This document shows, in pieces, positions 27,120 through 40,074 of a stretch of DNA of 64,000 bases. The DNA lies in contig OX597836.1 of assembly GCA_951406725.2 (NCBI GenBank), forward strand, positions 33,542,001-33,606,000. Direction: 5' to 3'. A program made the translations under genes and the position numbers. Source of the DNA: Octopus vulgaris. Its lineage: Eukaryota. The stretch's first letter is position 1. Each line of letters begins with the position of its first letter. The notes below the pieces were generated by a model. The model did not search any database, was not told the DNA's origin, and worked only from the letters and a program-made list of their open reading frames with translations.

Positions 27120-27850
27120 CTAGATCTGATGTGGTCAGGTGTTTGATGTGATAATGCTAAAGCTGTGATGATGCTCAGGATGTGATTGATAGTCAATCAA
27201 ATGTGATGATAACAATGTGATGTTCTATTTGATGTATTTAACTGATGTGATGATCTGTTTGACGTGGTTGTCTGCTTGACGTGGTTGGTTGTTTGACGTG
27301 GTTGTCTGATGTAATGACCTGTTTGATGTAATGGATGACCTGTTTGATGTGATGACCTGTTTGCTGTGATGATCTGTTTGATGTGATGACCTGTTTGATG
27401 TGATGACATGTTTGCTGTGATGACCTGTTTGCAGTGATGACCTGTTTGATGTGATGACCTGTTTGCTGTGATGATCTGTTTGATGTGATGACCTGTTTGA
27501 TGCGATGACCTGCTTGATGTGATGATCTGTTTGATGTGATGACCCATTTGATGTGATGACCTGTCCGATGTGATGACCTGTTTGATGTGATGATCTGTTT
27601 GCTGTGATGATCTGTTTGATGTGGTTATCTGTCTGATAGTCATCTGTTACATATAGTTATTAATTTGACGCAATAATCTGTTTGATAAGGATATCTGTTT
27701 GATGAGCTTATCTGACTGACATGGTTCTGATTGATGTAGTTGCCTGTTGTGATAATCTGTTTGGTGTTATGGTCTGATGTGATGTTCTGTTTGATGCAGT
27801 TGCTTGATGTAGTTATTCCTGTAATGTGGTCATCTGTTTGATGTGGTGTT
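27120..27850. repeat. 17-bp minisatellite (ctgtttgatgtgatgac), homogeneous core 27330-27620 with decaying flanks
   Basis: Directly visible. Confidence 0.9.
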
Positions 27851-28539
27851 TTGTCCTTAAAGTAACAGATAAAATACCTTGTATTCATACAGATTTTTAT
27901 GATTCTGAGATCAAAATCTACAAGAATGAACTGGATTGCAATCAACTCTTTCCTACACTCCTCAGAACTGCTGGTCTTGCACTTTAAGCCTGTCAAGATT
28001 TCACTCTTTACATCCTGAGTTCGAATCCTGCCTAAATCAGCAACATTATTATCCTCATTATTTCCCACTGAATACTCCCTTCACCTCCACTCTCTCTTTG
28101 CACACCCTTTCATTCTATCAATGGTAGCACCCACTGAGTATATTTGTCCACCCTATGTACCTCTGGCCTCATCTCTAGCACTGCGCATTTCTTGCACACT
28201 GCTCACATTCCACATCGCCTGTGATGCTACTTTCATGGTGTCTTAAATGATGTAGCTTCATGACTTTGATAAACCAGTCATCTGTGACAGAGAACACACA
28301 TTAATGCAGACATCTATGCACAATTTCCTGCATACTGAAATTAATAGAACATGATTCTGCCAGCTCGCCACCTTTAACACATCTTAACACTTCTGCTGCA
28401 CCGATTCCACTATGCACAGCTGGTCAAAATGCACTTCCAATTCTATCATGATTGCAACATTCTTGAGCTTGAAACTAATAAGTAACTTGTGCATGACTTC
28501 TCGTTGTTATTGTTAATTTTATTGTTCATATATTTGACT

Positions 28540-28584
<45 letters not shown>

Positions 28585-28585
<1 letters not shown>

Positions 28586-28762
28586 GTGGCATGCCATTGG
28601 TTATGGCAACAAGAGTTCCAGTTGATCCGATCAATGGAACAACCTGCTCGTAAAATTAATGTGTAAGTAGCTGAGCACTTGACAGACACGTGTACCCTTA
28701 ACATAGTTTTTGGGGAGATTCAGCATGATGCAGAGTGTGATAAGGATGGCCCCTTTGAAAAA
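28585..28762 (-). mobile_element. SINE tail T3 fragment
   Basis: Reverse complement of the 3' half of 52597-52976. Confidence 0.75.
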
Positions 28763-29090
28763 CATCATTTTTGAATGGTTTTTGGGGGGCTGGAACAGAT
28801 TAATTGTACTTTAGTTGATTTTAGTAGAGAAAATTGATTTGTAAAACAAGTAAATCGTAAGACGAGCTCAGTCATGGAACGAGTTACACTCATACTGTGA
28901 GGTAACATTGTAACAATGATAATCCTTGAATGAAATTTATTCCATCCAAGGAATCTGATTGGAACCTGGAACCTGATGCAGCTTCCGGGCCTACCAGTTT
29001 TCAGCCAAACCGTCCAACCCAGGCCAGCATGGAAAGCCGACATTAATTGATGAAGATAATGATATGTGTGTGTGTGTATGTATATATATA

Positions 29091-29410
29091 TTGATAAAAA
29101 CGGTAAGAAAACAAAAGAAAGGAAGAGCCCTCGATATTATGTAAATAGAGGAATTTATCTGTAAATGTAATATGTGACAATTATTCGGTAGCTATGATAA
29201 AACTCCGAGTTTCAGATGCCGAGGTGGAAATCCACGCCACCATCTCTTCAGTTATCCAGCCATCAGAAAAATGCTCTGACAAATGACCGTTATACAAAGG
29301 GAAATTACTGTGTGATTGACCGTTATTAAGACAAAAGAGCTATTCAAATGACTGCTAAGTAAGGGAGTAAAAAGTTCATAGTATTCACGTAAGTGTGCCT
29401 GTTCATACCT
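29091..29410 (-). mobile_element. PLE-like fragment in (TA)n containing a type I hammerhead-like fold (29196-29256)
   Basis: Minus strand: GATAA-CTGAAGA-GATG...CATCT-GAAA-CTCGGAG-T-T-TTATC. Confidence 0.6.
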
Positions 29411-29427
29411 GCACATATATATATATA

Positions 29428-29610
29428 GTCAATCCAAACATGAACAAAGAGAAAACACAACAACGTGAGGACGTGGAACAATTATAGTGTTATTGGACGC
29501 TCAGGAAAGGAAAAAAAGAAGGAGGATTTAACGTTTCGAGCAGAGCTTTTCATCAGAAAGATAGGAAAAGGAAAGGTCCAAGAAAGGGAAGACGGAAAAA
29601 GAAACAACTA
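29428..29610 (-). mobile_element. PLE-like fragment with a minimal hammerhead core (29527-29559)
   Basis: Minus strand: TTT-CTGATGA-A-AAGC tct GCTC-GAAA-CG-T-T-AAA. Confidence 0.55.
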
Positions 29611-29611
29611 T

Positions 29612-29665
<54 letters not shown>

Positions 29666-30124
29666 GAACACACACAAACACACATATATATATACACACA
29701 AATACAAAACAGGTTTATCTTGGCTTCCATCTACCAACTTCATGCCCAAAGTACCATGCACTGGGATTGAACACAAGACCCTGTGGTTGGGAAGCTTACC
29801 ACACAGCCACACCTAATATTCACAAAGTACCTAGTTGTACTTTTCCCAGGCAGGTGGGTTGGGATAACCATTGTTCATTTCTATTTAGGTTTTGTTTTTG
29901 TATTTCTTCAATAAACGATTTCTCTTCAATCTAATCACACAGGTCCGGTTTCCTTGTGTATATGTTTGGCCATTTGTATAGGCGTGCGTACATGTACTTG
30001 TGTATTTTCTGTATGCATCTGTGTGTGTGCGTATGATTGTCTGCCTGTATGTGGAGGTGTCTATAGTTTGTTAGTCTATTTTAGTTTGCGTGTATATGTT
30101 ACTATGTGTGTATATGTATGTATG

Positions 30125-30156
<32 letters not shown>

Positions 30157-30387
30157 TATATCTACATATGTGTATGTTTATGAAACGTGTGGGTTTCTTT
30201 GTGTAAATATATGCTCATGTGTGTCTGTGTATATCAATATATATATATATATATATATATAGATATAAACATGTTTGTGTGTGCATGTATATATGCGTGT
30301 ATATAAGTGTATGTATATATATGTATATATGAGTGTATACAAGTGTATGTATACATATGTATATATGAGTGTATACAAGTGTATGTG

Positions 30388-30447
<60 letters not shown>

Positions 30448-31026
30448 TAAACCTGTGAGTGTGCGTATATGGTTTTGTGTGTGTATATGTGCATGCGTGT
30501 GTGTGTGTGTGCATGTATGGATATATGTGTATGAGAAAATGGTATTTTTGAGTGTGGGAAACGACAGCCTCTACAATTATAATTCACCGAAATATCCAGT
30601 AATATCATTATTTTAGGGATCAACTTTCTAATTAGTAACTAACTGCACTTCAGCAGCCCCACCTTACCCCAAGTCATCATCTTGTTTTCCTCACCACCAC
30701 CACCGCTGCCAGTACCACTAATGCGGCTCTCCAGGGCACCTCACATATCGATCATTCAACTCTACCTGCTCTCACAAGCATCACCTGACAATGCTAACAA
30801 CAAACACCACTGCCTATTCATAACACCTGCACTGGCTAGCGTGCTCGTTGGTTTTTATACACACTCACACACAGTTCCAAATATATAGATATATATATAT
30901 TCATGCATTGATGTATGTGTAATCATATATACATACTTGTGCAAACATGTATGTGTGTATGTATGTATGTATGTATGTGTGTGTGTATGTATGTGTGTGT
31001 GTATGTATGTGTGTGTGTGTGTATGC

Positions 31027-31063
<37 letters not shown>

Positions 31064-31166
31064 TATATATGCACATATGTGTGTGTATTCATGTATACAT
31101 ACATATACCTGCAAATCCATTTGTGTGCAAGTGAGTATGTGTGTGTGTATATATATATATTTATAT

Positions 31167-31557
31167 ACTCTTTTACTTGTTTCAGTCATTTGACTGCGGC
31201 CATGCTGGAACACTGCCTTTAGTCGAGCAAATCGACTCCGGGAATTATTCTTTGTAAGCCCAGTACTTATTCTATCAGTCTCCTTTTGCCGAACTGCTAA
31301 GTGACAGGGACGTAAACACACCGGCATCGGTTGTCAAGCAATGCTAGGGGGACAAACACACATATATATATATATATATATACACATATATACGACAGGT
31401 TTCTTTCAGTTTCCATCTACCAAATCCACTCACAAGGCATTGGTCGGCCCGGTGCTATAGCAGAAGACACTTGCCCAAGATGCCATGCAGTGGGACTGAA
31501 CCCGGAACCATGTGGTTGGTAAGCAAGCTACTTACCACACAGCCACTCCTACGCCTA
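31167..31557 (-). mobile_element. S1 SINE
   Basis: Full family match. Confidence 0.9.
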
Positions 31558-31580
31558 TTTATATATATATATATATATAT

Positions 31581-31788
31581 AACGGGAGGCTTTATGAAAA
31601 TAAACAAAAGACGAAGGCAGGTGGAAAACAAACGAACAATTGTATTAGTATGGCGCTCAGGAAATATAAATAAAACAAGTCTTTAACGTTTCGAGCCTAC
31701 GCTCTTCAACAGAAAGATACACAGAGAGAGAAAAACACAGAAAGAAGGAGAGAAAAAAATGCGTGCAGTAGCTAACGAATCAACATGG

Positions 31789-31790
<2 letters not shown>
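31581..31790 (-). mobile_element. PLE-like repeat in (TA)n with a hammerhead-like motif (31680-31717)
   Basis: Minus strand: TCTTT-CTGTTGA-A-GAGC gtag GCTC-GAAA-CG-T-T-AAAGA; (TA)n on both flanks. Confidence 0.65.
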
Positions 31791-31852
<62 letters not shown>

Positions 31853-32023
31853 TGAAAAATTGAAGATAAAATCTAAATTAGATTTTATCAGGTTGCTAGC
31901 ATGCAATCAACCGGTTAAGGTAAAATGAATCAATTTATAAATTGATATATAAAAATATATGTCGGGAGTGAACAGGTATGAATATGAGTGCACCTGCTTG
32001 CTAGAAGGAGACACTAATATACC

Positions 32024-32222
32024 CTCTTTTACTTGTTTCAGTCATTTGACTGCGGCCATGCTGGAGCACCGCCTTTAGTCGAGCAAATCAACCCCAGGAC
32101 TTATTCTTTGTAAGCCTAGTACTTATCCTATCGGCCTCTTTTGCCGAACCGCTAAGTTGCGGGGACGTAAACACACCAGCATTGGTTATCAAGCAATGTT
32201 GAGGGGACAAACACAGATACAA

Positions 32223-32253
<31 letters not shown>

Positions 32254-32410
32254 CAACGGGCTTCTTTCAGTTTCCTTCTACCAAATCCACTCACAAGAAT
32301 ATAACCCAAATCTATAGTAGAAGACACTTGCCTAAGGTGCCACGCAGAGGGACTGAACCCGAAACCATGTGGTTCGTAAGCAAGCTACTTACCACACTGT
32401 CACTCCTGCG

Positions 32411-32413
<3 letters not shown>
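32024..32413 (-). mobile_element. S1 SINE
   Basis: Full family match. Confidence 0.9.
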
Positions 32414-32465
<52 letters not shown>

Positions 32466-33379
32466 CTGTGAGCATAAATGGATGTGTGGTTGGTGATGAT
32501 AATGTGCATTTAGTTGTTCAATCAACTGAGCCACCTGCTCTTTGAATTCATTTGGCAGTGGCTGAGTACTCCACAGATACAAGTGCCCTTAAGTATTTCT
32601 GGGAACTGTTATAAATAATAATAATAATAATAATAATAATGATAATAATAGGCCTTTCTGTTATAGGCACAAGGCCTGAAATTTTGGGGCCATTCATAAG
32701 TAAGCAATCACATCATCGAAATCTCAAAGCTACAAGACAATGCATGATTAATTCAAAACAATGTGAATGAATAAATTAAGTATTACATTGGACAATGGTA
32801 ATCGAAATGCCGAATAGTTACACCTGAATCGTTCTGACTCTGGAAATGGAACCTTGTTATGTATGACTCAAGCAAAAAGCCGACTCAAAGCCAAAATATG
32901 ATGAGCTGGAGACTGGTGATTATGCTAAAGACAGCTAGGGGGTGAGGTGAACGATATAATGACCAACGACCAACACAAGTATAAAAACAATAACAGCAAC
33001 AACACACACAACCACTGGTGGTTGCTACCACTTTAGTAATGGTCTTTAACCTTATTATTACTAGTAGTAGTAGTAGTAGTAGTATTGTTTATTCCACTGA
33101 TTAATTTGTACTGCTGACTGAGGTTGACATCCAGTGCATTTGAAATATTGCACTGGGATGTGTAAAACATATATATATTTCTGTGTGTGTGTGTGTGTGT
33201 GTGATAGATAGAACACACAAACACTTATCTGTCTCTCTCTCTGAATTCATATATACATATATATATATATACACACATACACACATATTAATACACATAC
33301 ACATGTACGTGTTTAGATATATGCATATGTATAAATATACATGTGTGTGTGTGTCCATGTACGCACACAGGCACGCATA

Positions 33380-33423
<44 letters not shown>

Positions 33424-33656
33424 AATATGTGTAGAGAGAAAGAGAGGAGAGAGAAAGGGGGAGGAGGATATATATATAGCTATCAACACAAATATAACAA
33501 TCTACATCTATGTACTCATACAATCATATAGACACACACACACACACACACACACAGCATCTTGCTGTGATGCTAAAACAAACTATGAATTTGCATTCAC
33601 AGCAGTTATGATCTCTCCCTCTCTCTCACACACACACACACACACTAACACAAACT

Positions 33657-33705
<49 letters not shown>

Positions 33706-33967
33706 ACACACACACAGAGCACATCCCAAAAGCTGTTGCAATAACAGCAGTTATGATTTCTTGAGATTAAAGACCATATCATACACCAATGTGTACCGAT
33801 TGGTCTTTAATATTAACCTAAACAAAATATTTAATGTATAATTTTAAATTAATAAAAAATAAATGATAGACACCCTTATATACTAATTCCAAAGTTCACC
33901 AAGTGAGACATTTACATATATACATATGTGTTTGTGTGAATATATATATATATATAAATAAATATAG

Positions 33968-34239
33968 AAATTATAAATTAGGGTATCTATGAGATACCAC
34001 CATGCTGAAAATAGCAGCCGTGATCAGACTCTAAAACCACCTTAATTCCTAAATGCATTCCTAAAGGCAAAGTCAGAAATCCGGGATCTAGAATTATCCA
34101 GTAGTTTTTTACGAGCTTCATCTTGTCTCTTTGTTTTCTCTCCGTGTTGATATATGGACAATTAAGGTGGTTTTAGAGTCAGATCATGGCTGCTATTTTC
34201 AGCATGGTGGTATCTCGTAGATACCCTAATTTATAATTT
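33968..34239. repeat. Inverted repeat, 80-bp arms with 3 mismatches and a 112-bp spacer (foldback/MITE or inverted PLE end)
   Basis: 33968-34047 is the reverse complement of 34160-34239. Confidence 0.9.
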
Positions 34240-34636
34240 TAATAATTATTACCTTTGAAGGTTATTTTTTTCCATGCTGGACACTTGATAAAATCATTAT
34301 TTTATTTTAAATTTAACGATCTTATCCATATATATATATATATAACCCATGCTAGCATGGAAAGCGGACGTTAAACGATGATGATGATATATATATACAC
34401 ACACACACACACAGATACATACTGACACACATGCTAGTGCTGTGTATTCAATTATTGAAACATACTCTACTAGATGTATTGAGTACACTTTTCAATAGAT
34501 TGCAAATTCAGATATGAGACAGTACTTCTAAATACCTATAAAAATATCTATCTATCCATCTACGTTAATATGCGTGTGTGTATATATGTATGCGGATGTG
34601 TGTATATATGTGTATGTGTGTATATATATATGTGTG

Positions 34637-34760
34637 TGAAGGCACGTTGCTTAGTGGTTAGAGCATTCGGCTCATGATCGTATGGTCATACATTCGATTG
34701 CCAGTGACGCATTGCGTCCTTGAGCAAGACACTTCATTTCACCTTACTCCAGTCCACTCT
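34637..34760 (+). mobile_element. tRNA-derived CORE-like SINE head H4, truncated
   Basis: gcttagtggttag...ttcgatt...gtccttgagcaagacacttcatttc. Confidence 0.7.
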
Positions 34761-34937
34761 GTAGCCAAATAAAGCTTATAATTATTATTATTATTATTTA
34801 CAAAACTGTCCCTCGTCACTGCTTCTCCATTTATCTCACACACACACACACATGTGTGTGTGATCATATATATGTGAGTGCATGTGTTTGGTGCATTTGC
34901 GCAATTGATATTTTGACCTCCTTGTTACTGTCTTTCA

Positions 34938-35320
34938 CTTTTACTCTTTTACTTGTTTCAGTCATTTGACTGTGGCCATGCTGGAGCGCCGCCTTTAGTC
35001 GAGCAAATCGACCCCGGGACTTATTCTTTGTAAGCCCAGTACTTATTCTATCGGTCTAAGTGACGGGGACGTAAACACACCAGCATCGGTTGTCAAGCAA
35101 TGCTAGAGGGACAAACACAGACACACACACATACACATATATATATAAATATATATGACAGGCTTCTTTCAGTTTCCATCTACCGAATCCACTCACAAGA
35201 CTTTGGTCGGCCCGAGGCTATAGCAGAAGACACTTGCCCAAGATGCCACGCAGTGGGACTGAACCCGGAACCATGTGGTTGGTAAGCAAGCTACTTACCA
35301 CACAGCCACTCCTGCGCCTA
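34938..35320 (-). mobile_element. S1 SINE
   Basis: Full family match. Confidence 0.9.
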
Positions 35321-35697
35321 TTAGCATATTTCTGTTGAAATATGTTGTGTTTGTTTCAATAAATTTTGAAAATAACAAAGAACTCAAAACAACTTTGTCC
35401 TTATCAAGCTGGTATTTGTAACATAAACATGAAATCATGACGGAAAGTTTTTTTTTTTTTTAAGTTAGATCACTTTATAACAGGAAGTTTGTACCATAAA
35501 ACCAAGGCCAGTCCCATGAAGGTCAGTATTGAAGGGTTGAACAAATTTTAACAGTTTACATTATAGTTTCAACACACATAAGTCTTATCTGCAATAGTAA
35601 ACTAAGATTTATAAACATAATGGTACACAATTGTATCCTGCTAAACTTTGGAGAAAATTCTTCAAACCAGAATAGATTCTGAAAGAATTGTTCAACA

Positions 35698-36255
35698 GGC
35701 GCAGGAGTGGCTGTGTGGTAAAAACAAATAATGTTTTAGAGAAGCAGAGGGTCGGCAGGCTCCTTCTGCCTTACCCTATCTTTATCATTTTTCATCATAA
35801 TCATCCGCTTCATTAATGTTTATGTCCAGCCCGCAAGCTTCTCTGTGTAATGCCTTTATGGCAAATTTCTATGAAATAAAGTAGCTTGCTTACCAGCCAC
35901 ATGGTTCCGGGTTCAGTCCCACTGCTGGGTACCTTGGGCAAGTGTCTTCTACAATAGCCTCAGGCCGACCAAAACCTTATGAGTGGATTTGGTAGACGGA
36001 AACTGAAAGAAGCCCATCATATATATGTATATATATATATATGTGTGTGTGTGTGTCCAACATCGCTTGACAACCGATGCTGGTGTGTTTACGCCCCCGC
36101 AACTTAGCGGTTCGGCAAAAAGAGACTAGTAGAATAAGTACTAGGCTTACAAAGAATAAGTCCTGGAGTCGATTTGGTCGACTAAAGGCGGTGCTCCAGC
36201 ATGGCTGCAGTCAAATGACTGAAACAAGTAAAAGAGTAAGAGTAAAAGAGAGTAA
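35698..36255 (+). mobile_element. S1 SINE interrupted after the A-box by a ~160-bp insert (35722-35880)
   Basis: gtgtggtaa|insert ending aaataaa|gtagcttgc. Confidence 0.88.
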
Positions 36256-36405
36256 CTAGTGGAATATTAACTGAGATTTGAATAATGGATGGTGTGAAAA
36301 CAAGGAATCTTCTTGCTATTCTGAGATTTGCGGATTTCTTCAAACATTTTGATTCAGCTCACAAAGCTAAGATGCAACAATTTCTATTGGTCCATGGAAT
36401 TCTTC

Positions 36406-36540
36406 AACCTCTTAGCATTTAAACCATTCCATATCCAGCTCAAATATTCTACATGCTTTGTGTTATAACTGGCCAGATCTGGTCTCTCACACCTGCCCTA
36501 CAATGTCATTTTAAAAATAAGCAATCACATCATGAAAATC
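36406..36540 (+). mobile_element. MITE-A 5' half
   Basis: aacctcttagcatttaaacc...ctacaatgtcatt. Confidence 0.75.
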
Positions 36541-36767
36541 AGCTGTAAAAATGAGTTGCAGTGCCAAGCAAGATCAGCCGTTGCCTTTCCCTTGGAAAAT
36601 GTTATTGGCACGAAGAGGGGAGGTTGGTATTGGTATGCTTGGGTGACTGCTGGACTTCCTTAAATCAAACTTGCCCAGACTTGTACCTTGGATGGGAACG
36701 TTCTGGGGGTAATCCCATGGACATTTTTGACGGATGAAGTTCTCTTCCCTTTTATATTTGACAGAGT

Positions 36768-37077
36768 GTGAAGGTATGTGACTTAGTGGTTGAGATATTT
36801 AGCTCACGATCATAAGGTTGTGGGTTCAATTCCCAGTGGTGTGTTGTGTTCTTGAGCAAGACCCTTTATTTCATGTTGCTCCAGTCCACTCAGCTGGCAA
36901 AGTTGAGTTGTACCTGCTGTTCGATGGGCCAGCCTTGTCACTTTCTGTGTTACATTGAATCTCCCCGAGAACAACGTTATGGGTACACGTGTCTGTGGAG
37001 TGCTCAGCCACTTGCATGTTCATTTCCTGGGCAGGCTGTTCCGTTGATCAGACCAACTGGAACACCAACGGAATGCT
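36768..37077 (+). mobile_element. SINE with head H4 and tail T3
   Basis: 5' half matches the 46270-46522 head; 3' half matches 52800-52976. Confidence 0.8.
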
Positions 37078-37108
37078 AGTAAAATAACATTTAACACAGG
37101 AACCTGAA

Positions 37109-37464
37109 CTAGCAATATGATCCGGCAATGCCGGGTCATAGTGCTAGTGCATGCATATACAGCTGTGTGCGTGCACACATACACGTGAGTACTGTCCAAA
37201 TCTCCAACCAATCACAAACAGCCAGGTGGCATTCAATTAGCATATCAAGTTTCGGGCATTTTGATTGGGTTTTGGATAGAAAATTCACAAAAAAATTTTT
37301 AATGGCTTTGCTGGGTGACTGGGGAAATGTAAAGATGTGCATGACCATCCTTGGACGGTTTTGAATGACCATAGAAAGTGCGAGCCCTCTAACTGAAAAA
37401 TTGTGGATTTGTATAAAGGATACACACACACACACAGACATTTTGCTGTTTATATATATAGAGA
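37109..37464 (-). mobile_element. Non-autonomous Helitron
   Basis: Minus strand starts TC and ends CTAG with a subterminal ccggca/tgccgg hairpin; inserted between A and T without TSD; second copy at 61299-61666. Confidence 0.85.
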
Positions 37465-38341
37465 TGATATAGGGGAAGAATTTCATTTTAGAACAACATT
37501 ATTAAGAGTTCAATCTCACTAACAGACACAGTTGGCTGGTGTCTTCAACTACAGTGACCTTACAAACAATCATATGAGCAAAATTCCATGAAGGGAAACT
37601 GGAAGAAGCCCTTAAATGTGCATGTAAGTGTGTGACTTGGTCCATATTCCACTCATCTCGATGGTATAGCAACTGTAAACATGGCTTCACTGTTCATACA
37701 AAAACAGTGTCCTTTCTTTGCAGTCCGCCATGAAAGAATGCTTGAGCTGTTCAATTACTCATCAGGCAGGGGGAATAACTCCATCACCTTGCTTGCAAAC
37801 AGGTGTAGTGTTGGCTTCAGGAAAGGCATCCAACCAGACACAGAAACATTCTACTTGAATGAAGTCATGCCTGACCTGTGCAAGGATCAAAAAGTTAGCA
37901 GTTACAATGACAACGACGATGTAAATGGTGATGCTGACGACGTTGCCGATGACGACAACGACGACGACGACAATGTACATGAAGGAAAAAACCAAGGAGG
38001 TGGGATGTGAGCGGCGAAGAAGCAGTCATTGTTTTGCTGTAATGTGTTTTCATTCTATTACATCAGCCACTATTTGCTCATCTATCTAGCCAAACAGACA
38101 ACTACTACACACCTACACACACACACACACACAGATTGATAGATCATCATCATCATCATCATCTCTATAGTGGTTGTAGTCGTTATACTCGGCTCCATTT
38201 CATAATTAGAAATAACTAGATCTCTGGACACCCCACTAAGAAAGTGGTGGTTGCTTGTCTCCTGGATGTCTGTCTGTCTAATTCTCTCCTGCATATACAT
38301 CAACCGTCACCTCCTTCTCTCACCCCCCCCTGTCTCTGTGC

Positions 38342-38383
<42 letters not shown>

Positions 38384-38989
38384 GCTCGTCTTTTTACAGA
38401 CATATTCAATAACATTAATGCAACACACACATTTTATAAATATATATATATATATATACACACACATACATATATATATACATACACACATATATATATA
38501 TATACATACACACACACACATATATATATATATATACATATACATACACACACACACATACCTCCTCTCACTACTCCTTCCTGTATCAATGTCTTGGCTA
38601 TATGTAGTTGGCAATTATTGGTGTTGTTCTTGCTAATGAAGTCATTAAACCAATTACAGAGAAAAATGATGACAATGTACCAAAGTAGTAGTAGTGGTGG
38701 TGGTGGTGGTGGTGGTGGTGGTAGTAGTGACAGTAGTTGTAGCAGTAGCAGTGATAGTAGTAATAATAGTAATAGTAGCGGTGGTAGCAGTAAATAATAA
38801 TGTTACAAGCAGAAATTCTTTGCCAGGAGACAAGATGTGACAGAGGGGCCTTCATCCATTTCCCTAAGTCAACACCATAGAAAGAACACAGAATCAATAA
38901 ACCATGGGACGGTCAACTCGATAGTGGTTCTGGATGAAAAAAAAAAAATGGAGCAACACTATTTGTTTGTTGTACTTCACATCTAAATC

Positions 38990-39275
38990 ATCATCACCAT
39001 CAGCATCGTTTAACGTCCACTTTCCATGCTGGCATGGGTTGGATGCTTTGACTGAGGACTGGTGAACCAGATGGCTGCACCAGACTCCAATCTGATCTGG
39101 CAGAGTTTCTACAGCTGGATGCCCTTCCTAACGTCAACCACTCCGAGAGTTTAGTGGGTGCTTTTACATGCCACCAGCACGAGGGCCATTCAGGTGGTAC
39201 TGGCAATGGCCACGCTCAAATGGTGCTTTTTATGTGCCACCTGCACAGGAGCCAGTCCAGTGGCACTGGTAACGA
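38990..39275 (-). mobile_element. RTE LINE 3' end
   Basis: catcgtttaacgtcc tail and ctggatgcccttcctaacg motif. Confidence 0.8.
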
Positions 39276-39381
39276 CATTTTTGAATTTCACCAAAGTCAC
39301 CTTTGTCTCCCTTTTTGCACATTTTTCTGGGTTTGAAGAATGCAATGCCACTCTACGAGTTATTCCATACCCAACCCTGAA

Positions 39382-39992
39382 CCCTTTAGCGTTTAAACCG
39401 GCCATATCTGGCCCAAGCATTCTACCTGTTCAATGCTCAAACTGGCCAGATCTGGCATGTCACACCTACACTACAATGTCATTCTAAGAATAAGCAATCA
39501 TAGGCGCAGGAGTGGCTGTGTGGTAAGTAGCTTGCTTACCAACCACATCGTTCCGGGTTCAGTCCCACTGCGTGGCATCTTGGGCAAGTGTCTTCTGCTA
39601 TAGCCCCGGGCCGACCAATGCCTGTGAGTGGATTTGGTAGACGGAAACTGAAAGAAGCCTGTCGTATATATGTATATATATTTATATATGTGTGTGTGTG
39701 TTTGTGTGTCTGAGTTTGTCCCACTAGCATTGCTTGACAACCGATGCTGGTGTGTTTACGTCCCCGTCACTTAGAGACCGATAGAATAAGTACTGGGCTT
39801 ACAAAGAATAAGTCTTGGGGTCGATTTGCTCGACTAAAGGCGGTGCTCCAGCATGGCCGCAGTCAAATGACTGAAACAAGTAAAAGAGTAAAAGAGAGAG
39901 TAATCACATCATTGAAATCTCAGAGCTAAAAGATAATGATTGATTAATTCAAACACAATGTGAAAAAATAAGCATTACGTTTGACTAAAGGG
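39382..39992 (+). mobile_element. MITE-A containing an S1 SINE (39501-39898)
   Basis: ccctttagcg...ctaaaggg ends; SINE flanked by an aatca duplication. Confidence 0.85.
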
Positions 39993-40074
39993 TTTTAAAC
40001 ACACAAATTACATGTGCTTGCATTTTAGTGTTGGACCAATTCTGAGGATACACCTGTAGCATAAAAAAGTATTA

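Noticed and set aside
27330-27620. Many RTGATGA box-C-like motifs suggesting C/D snoRNAs
   Set aside because: They are part of the 17-bp repeat unit, without paired D boxes or terminal stems.
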